A stretch of 62,398 bases of DNA, counting the filler. It is 5 parts of 5 records of this genome, joined end to end, with 100 filler letters (N's around TTAATTAATTAA, not from the genome) between each part and the next. Parts side by side here need not be neighbours in the genome. Positions count along the whole stretch, not along the records: positions 28,232 to 36,505 come from SRR2962707_1844; positions 36,606 to 43,664 come from SRR2962707_1845; 3 more parts are not named here. The stretch is one strand, 5' to 3'. The position numbers and the translations under genes are program-made. Below, one piece after another: positions 30,758-39,058 of the stretch (positions within the stretch are counted from its first letter, which is position 1; each line of letters opens with the position of its first letter). Below the pieces are notes generated by a model. That model saw nothing but the letters and a program-made list of their open reading frames with translations. It was not told the origin of the DNA and made no database searches.

Positions 30758-31585
30758 ATGGAAATGAGCAAAGACACACAGCCCCAGAGCACCCCCGCCG
30801 GAGACCGCATCGCCAAAGTACTGGCCCGCGCCGGTGTGGCCAGCCGCCGCGAAGCCGAACGTATGATCGAGCTGGGGCGTATTTCCGTCAACGGCAAGGT
30901 CATCACCCGCGCCGCGCTGAACGTCACCGACAAGGACAAGATTACCGTCGATGGCAAACCGCTTGGCGCGCCCGATGCCGCGCGGCTGTGGCTCTATCAC
31001 AAGCCGACAGGCCGGGTGACGACGACAAAGGACGAACAGGGGCGTCTGACCATTTATGACGACCTGCCCGAGGATATGCCGCGCGTGATGTCGGTTGGAC
31101 GGCTCGATCTGAATTCAGAGGGGCTGTTGTTGCTGACCAACGACGGCGGCATCAAGCGCAAGCTGGAATTGCCCAGCACCGGGTGGCTGCGCAAGTATCG
31201 CGTGCGGGTCAACGGGCGGCCCAATGATGACATGCTCAAACCTCTGCGTGACGGGCTGGTCATAGATCGTCAACGATACCTGCCGATGATCGTGAGCATT
31301 GACCGCCAGCAGGGCGCGAATGCCTGGCTGACGGTTGGTTTGCGCGAAGGCAAGAACCGCGAAATCCGACGAGCGATGGAAGATATCGGTCTGGGCGTGA
31401 ACCGCCTGATCCGAACCTCTTATGGTCCGTTTCAGTTGGGCCAGCTGAAACCGGGCACGGTCGAGGAAGTGCGCCGCAAGATCCTGCGCGACCAGTTGGG
31501 TCTGGACGGCCCTGCCCCGGATGCCCCGGCCAAACCTGTGCCCAAACGCCGCCGCAGAACCGGCCCGGGAACGGACGAGCGTTAA
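30758..31585 (+). CDS. rluB: rRNA pseudouridine synthase with S4 domain (RluB-like)
   Basis: RIAKVLARAGVASRREAE S4 domain; VGRLDLNSEGLL; EGKNREIRR. Confidence 0.85.
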   Translation: MEMSKDTQPQSTPAGDRIAKVLARAGVASRREAERMIELGRISVNGKVITRAALNVTDKDKITVDGKPLGAPDAARLWLYHKPTGRVTTTKDEQGRLTIYDDLPEDMPRVMSVGRLDLNSEGLLLLTNDGGIKRKLELPSTGWLRKYRVRVNGRPNDDMLKPLRDGLVIDRQRYLPMIVSIDRQQGANAWLTVGLREGKNREIRRAMEDIGLGVNRLIRTSYGPFQLGQLKPGTVEEVRRKILRDQLGLDGPAPDAPAKPVPKRRRRTGPGTDER

Positions 31586-31609
31586 CCCTCCGGTCTGGCC
31601 AAGTAGGAA

Positions 31610-31624
31610 TTAACCACTTGTTAA
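31610..31624. promoter_or_regulatory. CtrA-binding box
   Basis: TTAA-CCACTTG-TTAA, an exact TTAA-N7-TTAA match in an otherwise GC-rich intergenic region. Confidence 0.7.
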
Positions 31625-31699
31625 TCAATAATTATTTTAGCCGACATTTTCCCCGGTGCCGCCGCTTTTTTGCCTAAATTGTGGGGCAAATCAGTCAGC

Positions 31700-31897
31700 A
31701 TGATGACCCAAATGATCGCCATAGCCATCCTGTCGGTAAATCTCCTGCTGCTGTTGTCGCATCTGCGGAACTTGGCAAAGGACACGTTTCACACCGTCCG
31801 CTGCACCACGTTCCGCATCCTTGGATCTGACAGGATCTGGCAGAAATTCTCGTTTGCGGCGCTCTGGTTGTTGATTTTCACGCTGGGATTGCCCTAA
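31700..31897 (+). CDS. Small membrane hypothetical protein
   Basis: 65-aa ORF (MMTQMIAIAIL...FAALWLLIFTLGLP) with two hydrophobic segments, between the CtrA box and the next gene. Confidence 0.5.
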   Translation: MMTQMIAIAILSVNLLLLLSHLRNLAKDTFHTVRCTTFRILGSDRIWQKFSFAALWLLIFTLGLP

Positions 31898-31916
31898 GCC
31901 ATACCGGGAGACGTAC

Positions 31917-32741
31917 ATGAACCGCAGTTCAGCAAAACCCTGTGATAACGAAGGTCGGCATCCCCCGCTCAGCCTGATGTTTCTGTCCGCAGGTCCCGTT
32001 GCAACATGGCCCCTGTTTGATTGGACGCCAGGGCTTTGGACGGCGCTGATGCTGTTTTGCATATTCGGCACAGCGATGGCGCTGATTGCCGAAGGTTACC
32101 GCCGCGAGGCCCTTTATGAAATGGCCGAGGTCGCCCGAAGACCGCTTTTGCCACGCAAACTTGTGGGGTCCGTTCTTATCGGCATTGTGGTGACGGCCCT
32201 TGCCACTGCAAAGCTCCACGCCGGATTACCCGCTGTGGCCTACGGTATGGTCGGGATGCTGCTGTGTCTGTTTGCCTTTGGCGTTGATCCGATGCGCGAC
32301 AAGGGCACGGAAACACCCGAATATCTGGTACGGCAGCGCGTAAAGGATCTGACCTGCACCGCTGATCGCGCACTCGAAGATCTGGTGATCCGTATTCAGC
32401 AGCTTGACGACGATGATCTGAGCCGCCGCACCGATGCGGTGCACAGGGCGGTGACACGCCTGCTGCGCACGCTTGCCCTGGATCCGGTGGCGGTCGAAGC
32501 GGTGCAAAAACCGCTGATGAAATTTCTCCACATGGCTGTGCACGAAGCGGACCGCCTGGACGAGGCATGGTTCACCGAGAGCCACAGCTTTGCGCGCCAC
32601 CGCTATATCGCAAAGCTTTCGGCCATGGCCACCGCATTTGAGGCCTGCGCCCGCCATCACGGTCTAGCCACCCGAGAGGACAGTTATGAGCTTGAAGCCG
32701 AGCTGCTGGTTGACCGATTGATGCACGAAAACGTCGCCTGA
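31917..32741 (+). CDS. Divergent XpaC-like (5-bromo-4-chloroindolyl phosphate hydrolysis family) membrane protein
   Basis: Shares ARRPxxPRK and AFGxDPxxxKG motifs and TM+helical layout with the downstream gene. Confidence 0.7.
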   Translation: MNRSSAKPCDNEGRHPPLSLMFLSAGPVATWPLFDWTPGLWTALMLFCIFGTAMALIAEGYRREALYEMAEVARRPLLPRKLVGSVLIGIVVTALATAKLHAGLPAVAYGMVGMLLCLFAFGVDPMRDKGTETPEYLVRQRVKDLTCTADRALEDLVIRIQQLDDDDLSRRTDAVHRAVTRLLRTLALDPVAVEAVQKPLMKFLHMAVHEADRLDEAWFTESHSFARHRYIAKLSAMATAFEACARHHGLATREDSYELEAELLVDRLMHENVA

Positions 32742-32917
32742 GACTGCTGTTTCACCTTTCACCCCTAGCAAGGGACGGACGATTCACCTAAGTTTGATCC
32801 TAGTTCTTTTGTCCAGGGGGTGACATGTCCGGCACCGGCCTACAAAAAGTGGCTTATGTCCTTTTGATCATACTCCTTTTTGGGGTAAGTTCTGGTTTTG
32901 TCGGGGGGCTTTAGGTT

Positions 32918-33799
32918 ATGGCGCAACGCTTTGGCGGCAAGTTCAGCCCCGATGGTAGCGGGCCATCCGACACAGATCGCCCCGCCTTTGATGGCGCGCG
33001 GATCGATCCGGTTGGGGCGCGCAGTAATCTGCTGTTCCTGCCGCCTTTCATCCTTGCCTTTACGTCACTTACTGCTGGTGCCGCCGGGTTGGCGGTTGGC
33101 CTGCTTGGTGCGGCATCGCTGACGCTCGGCGCCTGGCTGCTGCGCGACGGTTTGCGCGCCGAAGCCGAATACAACGCTCGCCGCGTTGCCCGCCGCCCCG
33201 CTATCCCGCGCAAGATCATGGCGGCGCTCCTCGCAGGGGGGGGTACGGCACTGGCGGCGTTCAAGGGTGACCCCGGTCTTGCCGCGCCGATGATTTATGG
33301 CATTGCGGCCGGGGCTCTGCATATCGGTGCCTTTGGCCTTGATCCACTCAAAAACAAAGGCATGGCAGGCATCGATACCTTTCAACAGGACCGCGTCGCC
33401 CGGGTCGTTGACGAGGCTGAAAAGTATCTTGCCGACATGACCGGGGCCGTCGCCCGCGCTGGGGACCGCCAGGTCGAAGCCCGCGTAGAACGGTTTCAGC
33501 TGCGCGCCCGCGAAATGCTGCGCACGGTCGAAGAAGACCCCCGTGATCTGAGCGGCGCACGCAAGTTCCTGGGCGTTTACCTGATGGGCGCGCGTGATGC
33601 GTCGGTGAAATTCGCCGATATCTATTCCCGCACAAAGGACGCGCAGGCCCGCACCGATTATATGATGCTGCTGACGGATCTCGAAGAAACGTTCGGCGCG
33701 AAAACCAGAAAACTGCTGCTGGATTCCAACAGCGATCTCAACATCGAGATTGACGTTCTGCGCGACCGTCTGAAACGCGAAGGGGTGCGCCTCAACTAG
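32918..33799 (+). CDS. XpaC-family membrane protein (TelA partner)
   Basis: MAQRFGGKFSP start, VEEDPRDL..ARKFL.VYL, DL.IEIDVL; directly upstream of telA. Confidence 0.85.
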   Translation: MAQRFGGKFSPDGSGPSDTDRPAFDGARIDPVGARSNLLFLPPFILAFTSLTAGAAGLAVGLLGAASLTLGAWLLRDGLRAEAEYNARRVARRPAIPRKIMAALLAGGGTALAAFKGDPGLAAPMIYGIAAGALHIGAFGLDPLKNKGMAGIDTFQQDRVARVVDEAEKYLADMTGAVARAGDRQVEARVERFQLRAREMLRTVEEDPRDLSGARKFLGVYLMGARDASVKFADIYSRTKDAQARTDYMMLLTDLEETFGAKTRKLLLDSNSDLNIEIDVLRDRLKREGVRLN

Positions 33800-33829
33800 A
33801 GGCTCCCATTCCAGAATTGAGGATTTGCT

Positions 33830-35029
33830 ATGTCTGAAAATGTCCGCGCCAAAGCGCAGGAAACGCTGGCTCTTGTCGAAGAAGTCAACGCCGTGGTTCT
33901 CCCCGAACCAAAAGATGCCGGTGCCGTTGTGCCGCTGGAACAGGCCGATGCTCATGTGGGCGAGGAAATTCGGTCGCGTATGGCCGAAATCGATATGGCC
34001 GACACCCAGTCCATTATTTCCTTCGGATCTGCCGCGCAGGCGGAATTGCAGGAAATCAGCCAAGCCATGCTGGCGGATGTGCGCAACAAGGATGTTGGCC
34101 CGGCAGGCGATTCACTGCGCACGATGGTCAGCGCGATCCGCGGTTTTTCCGTTTCGGAACTGGACGTGCGTCGCGAACGCAGCTGGTGGGAAAAGCTGTT
34201 GGGCCGGGCCGCGCCCTTTGCCAAGTTCACCGCACGGTTTGAACAGGTCCAGTTGCAGATCGACCGGGTGACTGGGGATCTAGACAAGCATCAGCATACC
34301 CTGCTCAAAGACATCAAATCGCTGGATCTGCTCTACGAAAAAACGCTCGATTTCTATGGCGAACTGGCGCTTTATATCGCGGCAGGCACTGAAAAGCTGC
34401 GCGGTTTGGACACTGTCGACATTCCTGCCAAGGACGCCGAGGTCAAGGCCGCCGCAGAGGCCGATCAGGTGATGCGGGCGCAGGAATTACGTGATTTGCG
34501 CGCCGCGCGCGACGATCTGGAACGCCGGGTGCATGACCTGAAACTGACCCGTCAGGTAACGATGCAGTCCCTTCCGTCGATCCGCCTGGTCCAGGAAAAC
34601 GACAAGAGCCTGGTGACCAAGATCAATTCGACGCTGGTGAACACTGTGCCGCTTTGGGAAACCCAGCTGGCACAGGCGGTCACCATCCAACGGTCTGCCG
34701 AAGCGGCAAATGCCGTTCGCGAAGCCAATGACCTGACCAACGAATTGCTGACCTCCAACGCCAAAAACCTGCGCGATACCAACAAGGTGATCCGTCAGGA
34801 GATGGAGCGCGGCGTATTTGACATCGAAGCGGTCAAACAGGCCAACGCCGATCTGATCGGCACCATCAACGAAAGCCTGCAAATTGCGGACGAAGGCAAG
34901 GCCCGCCGCGCCAAGGCCGAAGATGAGCTGAAAAAGATGGAACACGATCTGCGCGACACGCTGGCCTCGGCCAAAGCGCGGAGCGATGGTTTGGGCGATA
35001 CGGCCGCCACTTCGGTTCCAAAGGCCTGA
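33830..35029 (+). CDS. telA: Toxic anion (tellurite) resistance protein TelA
   Basis: FG..AQ, LERRVHDL.LTRQV..QSLPSIRLVQ.ND..L..KI, TVPLWETQ. Confidence 0.92.
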   Translation: MSENVRAKAQETLALVEEVNAVVLPEPKDAGAVVPLEQADAHVGEEIRSRMAEIDMADTQSIISFGSAAQAELQEISQAMLADVRNKDVGPAGDSLRTMVSAIRGFSVSELDVRRERSWWEKLLGRAAPFAKFTARFEQVQLQIDRVTGDLDKHQHTLLKDIKSLDLLYEKTLDFYGELALYIAAGTEKLRGLDTVDIPAKDAEVKAAAEADQVMRAQELRDLRAARDDLERRVHDLKLTRQVTMQSLPSIRLVQENDKSLVTKINSTLVNTVPLWETQLAQAVTIQRSAEAANAVREANDLTNELLTSNAKNLRDTNKVIRQEMERGVFDIEAVKQANADLIGTINESLQIADEGKARRAKAEDELKKMEHDLRDTLASAKARSDGLGDTAATSVPKA

Positions 35030-35030
35030 C

Positions 35031-35987
35031 ATGATCTGGCGCGGACTTGCAGTTGTCATTGCCTTGTCGGCCCTCGTGGCCTGCGAACCGCTGCCGCCTG
35101 CCCAGACAGATGTCACGCCGCAAGATACGATCGTGACCGGCCCCTCTGGGGACCGGCCGGTAGCAAGGCGTCTGCCGTCCGTGGCCAGCGCAGCGCTGGC
35201 CACGTATTACACGCGGGTCCAGGCCGACCTGCTGTCGCAGGGGCTGCTGCGCACCGATGGCGGCGGGCCGGACACACCGTTTACCGACACGATGCTTGTG
35301 CGCGATTTCGAACAGATCGCCCTGGCCGAAGAATACGAACGCGGTCAGGGCTTTCGTCCTTCTTCGGGGCGACTGGGCCGGATCAAAAAATGGACACAGC
35401 CAGTGCGCGTGACGGCCGAATTCGGCCCCTCTGTCACCGATGCGGAACGTCAAGAGGACGGCGCCATGCTCGCGCGCTATGTCAGGCGTCTGGCCCAGAT
35501 GACGGGGCATTCCATCACGATGTCCGACAGCAACCCCAATTTTCACGTCCTGTTCATGAGCGAGGACGACCATGCGTTGATCGCGCCGCGCATCACGGCG
35601 CTTGTACCGAACGTCAATCCGGCCTCGCTGCAGATCTTTGACAACATGCCGCGGGCAATCCACTGTCTTGTCATCGCCTTTTCCGTGGACAACGGCGGCT
35701 ACGACTATGGTCAGGCCATTGCCGTGATCCGCGCCGAACACCCCGATCTGCTGATGCGGTCCTGCGTGCACGAAGAGGTCGCACAGGGACTGGGGCTGTC
35801 CAACGACAGCCCGCAGGCCCGTCCATCGATCTTTAACGACGATGACGAATTCGCCCTGCTTACCCGGCACGACGAAACCCTTCTCAAGATGCTGTACGAC
35901 CCCCGGCTGACGCCCGGCATGACCGCCGAAGAGGCCCGCCCCATCGTGGTGGACCTTGCCAGCCGCTATGTCGGCGGAGCAATCTGA
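35031..35987 (+). CDS. DUF2927-family lipoprotein (zincin-like HEE motif)
   Basis: Lipobox LVA-C; SCVHEEVAQGLGL.ND..RPSIFNDDDEF..LT.HD. Confidence 0.85.
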   Translation: MIWRGLAVVIALSALVACEPLPPAQTDVTPQDTIVTGPSGDRPVARRLPSVASAALATYYTRVQADLLSQGLLRTDGGGPDTPFTDTMLVRDFEQIALAEEYERGQGFRPSSGRLGRIKKWTQPVRVTAEFGPSVTDAERQEDGAMLARYVRRLAQMTGHSITMSDSNPNFHVLFMSEDDHALIAPRITALVPNVNPASLQIFDNMPRAIHCLVIAFSVDNGGYDYGQAIAVIRAEHPDLLMRSCVHEEVAQGLGLSNDSPQARPSIFNDDDEFALLTRHDETLLKMLYDPRLTPGMTAEEARPIVVDLASRYVGGAI

Positions 35988-36013
35988 CCCAATGACCGAC
36001 AGGAGGCCATGAT

Positions 36014-36505
36014 ATGGGCATTTTCGATTTTCTCAGTGGACAGTTTATTGACGTCATCCACTGGACCGACGACACCCGCGATACGATGGTCTGGCGCTTT
36101 GAACGCGAGGGCCACGAGATCAAGTATGGCGCCAAACTGACCGTCCGCGAAGGTCAGGCAGCCGTATTTGTCCACGAAGGTCAACTGGCGGATGTGTTCA
36201 CCCCGGGGCTTTATATGCTCGAAACGAACAACATGCCGATCATGACATCGCTGCAGCATTGGGATCACGGTTTCAAATCCCCGTTCAAATCCGAAATCTA
36301 TTTCGTCAACACCACCCGGTTCAACGACCTCAAATGGGGCACCAAGAATCCGATCATTGCACGCGATCCTGAATTCGGTCCGGTGCGCCTGCGCGCCTTT
36401 GGCACCTATTCGACCCGCGTTAGCGACGCTGCAAAGTTCCTGACCGAGATCGTCGGCACGGACGGCGAATTCACTATGGACGAGATCAGCTATCAGATCC
36501 GCAAC
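36014..36505 (+). CDS. SPFH-domain protein (YdjI-like), 3'-truncated at contig end
   Basis: FIDVIHW, LTVREGQAAVFV, PG.Y.LET.N.P, KWGTKNPI, VRLRAFGTY. Confidence 0.88.
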
Positions 36506-36605
36506 NNNNNNNNNNNNNNNNNNNNNNNNNNNNNNNNNNNNNNNNNNNNTTAATTAATTAANNNNNNNNNNNNNNNNNNNNNNNNNNNNNNNNNNNNNNN
36601 NNNNN
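36506..36605. other. Artificial contig linker
   Basis: N44-TTAATTAATTAA-N44. Confidence 0.98.
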
Positions 36606-36709
36606 TCGGTGACAGTTCGATGACAGCCACCCGCTAAACCCGCCGTTTATTCCCGCGTCCGGCCTCTCATGGTAAGGTCCGGCGGGTTCAAGCGGGGGTT
36701 CAGGGGCGC

Positions 36710-38149
36710 GTGGAAGACAAAAAACGGGGGCCGTTCGACGTCAATTTTCTCGTCAGTCTTTTTCTGGCGCTCGCCGTCTGGATGGGCCTCAGAAACGAGA
36801 CGGTTTGGGCCAGTTTTGTGGGCGAAGCTGACCGCGAGGCAATCCAGATCGCCTTCGCCATGCGCGTCAACCGGACGCTCGAAGGCACAGGCCCCATCCT
36901 CTTCCTGAACCTCGACGATTCCGTCTGGCACGGCGAACAAAGCGACAGCCCGCCGCTCGCCTACGCCCCCCGTCCCGTCATCTACGATCTCCTCCGCGCC
37001 TCCTACGGAACACCAGGCTTTCCGCGCCCGAAAGTCGTCGTCGCCGACTTCGACCTCTTCTGGCGCACCCCCGACGAAGACGCCGAGCAGCGCATCGATA
37101 CGCTCCTGGAAGAGTGGGGCAAGGACCCCGAAGCGCCGCTCCTCGTGCTCCAGCGCGAAGTGGTAGACGGCGACGGCCGCCGTGACGCCCCCGCCGCAAT
37201 AAGACCGTCGCAACGCGACCGCTACATCGACGAAGCGCCCGAAGGAAACATCGTCTGGGCCAGCGCCCTCTTCACAGGCGACGAAGTGATCGGCGCCCGC
37301 TACTTCGAACATTTTCTCTGCCTGAAATCGGATGCCGGCCCCGGCGTCGTCGCAAGCACCGCGCTTTACGCAATGGCGGGCCGCCGCGCGAGTTCCGCCC
37401 GCGAAGCCGCCGCACAGGTCGATGCCGCAATGAAAAAGCCGCTCCGCTATTGCGCCGGTGAAGGATCCGAAACTTACGAACTCGAAATCACGGGCCGTGA
37501 GCCCGCCGGATTTCACAGCCAGCGAAGCCTGATTAACTATAGCGCGCGGCCGCAGGGCGATTTCGATTTCACGAGCCCCGGTCTTATCGCGGCCGACATG
37601 TTCGTGATCCCCGCCGCCGCGGTCAGCAGCGAAATGGTGGGTGGCCTTGCCGCAAATAACGGCATCGTGATTATCGGATCGGCATCCCTGACCGCCCGCG
37701 ACCGTCACATCACGCCCTACGGGCCGATGGGCGGTAGTCTGATCATCGCCAATACCGTACGCGGACTGGAGGTCGGCGGCCAGGTTCACCGCCTCCACTG
37801 GATCATCGAGGCGACCTTATTGTCCGTATTCGTCTCATTGATCGTTCTGGCTTTCTGGTATTGCCGTCTCGCCCGCGAAATCGTCGATATAGAGCCGGCA
37901 TCGCAGGTTCCCTGGTATGTCGAGGCCTACCAGATACCCTTCGCCCTCGTGACCAACCCCGTTATCGTTAAGATCCTGATTGGCGTTTCGGTTTTTTGGC
38001 TCGGCGCGCTCGCAACTTACTATATGCTCGACTACGGATTGTGGATCGGGTTCGCGGCACCCGCTTACGCAGCAGCGTTGAACGAGGCACGTGAAGACTT
38101 TGAAGAACTGATGGAGAATCTCCGTGAAAAGAAAGCTCGCGCAAAATAG
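36710..38149 (+). CDS. CHASE2-domain membrane sensor lacking a cytoplasmic output domain
   Basis: N-terminal TM; ILFLNLDD, PR....L, PKVVVADFD, and GIVIIGS....D.HITPYG.M.G..IIAN (CHASE2 hallmarks); about three C-terminal TMs then a 22-aa tail. Confidence 0.8.
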   Translation: MEDKKRGPFDVNFLVSLFLALAVWMGLRNETVWASFVGEADREAIQIAFAMRVNRTLEGTGPILFLNLDDSVWHGEQSDSPPLAYAPRPVIYDLLRASYGTPGFPRPKVVVADFDLFWRTPDEDAEQRIDTLLEEWGKDPEAPLLVLQREVVDGDGRRDAPAAIRPSQRDRYIDEAPEGNIVWASALFTGDEVIGARYFEHFLCLKSDAGPGVVASTALYAMAGRRASSAREAAAQVDAAMKKPLRYCAGEGSETYELEITGREPAGFHSQRSLINYSARPQGDFDFTSPGLIAADMFVIPAAAVSSEMVGGLAANNGIVIIGSASLTARDRHITPYGPMGGSLIIANTVRGLEVGGQVHRLHWIIEATLLSVFVSLIVLAFWYCRLAREIVDIEPASQVPWYVEAYQIPFALVTNPVIVKILIGVSVFWLGALATYYMLDYGLWIGFAAPAYAAALNEAREDFEELMENLREKKARAK

Positions 38150-39035
38150 GTGGATGCTCGTCCTCGGGGCGATGGCTCTTGCCGCACCGCTGGGAAGCAG
38201 CGGAGCCGCCGCGGCGATCGCGCCCTGTTCGTCCGCAACCGTCGCATTCGTGAAAAGCATCAAGGGTGAAGGCACCAATGTCGTGCTGGCGCGCGGCGGA
38301 GAGGAGGCGCAGCTCGCGCCGTTCTCGCCGCTCTGCACCGGCGACGTGCTGAAACTCAAAACCGCGGATGAGGCCGTCGTGCTCGGTCTCGCCGGCAGCA
38401 CCGCTCCGGCGGAAGTCGTCGGCCCCGTCGCCTACAATGTCGGCCCGGCAAGTTCCGGCGGTGAAGCACTGACGGAAGTGCTCGAGGATCGTCTCCTCCC
38501 GCTCGGCGAGCGCACCATCGGTCAGGGATTGGCCCGCTCCGCCGATCCGTTTGAATTCGGTCTGCTCGATCTCGAAACCGAATCCGCGCAGATCGGCGCG
38601 GGCCACCGCCCGCTCTGGGTCGGTTGGGCCGGCGGCAAGCCGCCCTTCGACATGACGGTAACGGGTCCCTCGGGCCAGACCCTTGAAATGCGGGCGCTTG
38701 AGGCGAACGACTATCTGTTTCCCGCTTCCGACATCGAACTGGGCCGCTATTCGGTTTCCATCTCGGACGCGAACGGCAGAACACGCGAAACCGGTTTTGA
38801 AGCCGTGAGCGATGTGCCGGAAGTGGCGACGGTTTCCGTTCCGGCCTGGATGGGTGCGGATTCGGGCGCGATGCTCAAGGCATTCTGTGTCGCCGCCGAA
38901 GATCCCTACACATGGTCTTTCGAAGCCGCGCAGCAACTCGCCGCCGCACCCGATGCCGGTCTCGACCGCGAAACCGCGCTGGCGCTGATCGGCTCTGGCG
39001 ATACCGTCGCGCTCTGCCCCGGCGGAAACGGCTGA
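38124..39035 (+). CDS. Secreted hypothetical protein (possible DUF928-like partner of CHASE2/CHAT)
   Basis: GGAGA SD before GTG; Sec signal MKRK...AAAA; four Cys; overlaps the CHASE2 3' end by 26 bp. Confidence 0.65.
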   Translation: MKRKLAQNRWMLVLGAMALAAPLGSSGAAAAIAPCSSATVAFVKSIKGEGTNVVLARGGEEAQLAPFSPLCTGDVLKLKTADEAVVLGLAGSTAPAEVVGPVAYNVGPASSGGEALTEVLEDRLLPLGERTIGQGLARSADPFEFGLLDLETESAQIGAGHRPLWVGWAGGKPPFDMTVTGPSGQTLEMRALEANDYLFPASDIELGRYSVSISDANGRTRETGFEAVSDVPEVATVSVPAWMGADSGAMLKAFCVAAEDPYTWSFEAAQQLAAAPDAGLDRETALALIGSGDTVALCPGGNG

Positions 39036-39058
39036 CGCGCTACTGCTGACGCGCTACT
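39031..39058. repeat. Perfect 14-bp tandem duplication at the convergent gene junction
   Basis: GCTGACGCGCTACT x2 (39031-39044, 39045-39058). Confidence 0.9.

Noticed and set aside
24276-36505. Two SPFH genes and several pseudouridine synthases as one functional cluster
   Set aside because: The SPFH genes lie on different contigs, and rluD is on a third
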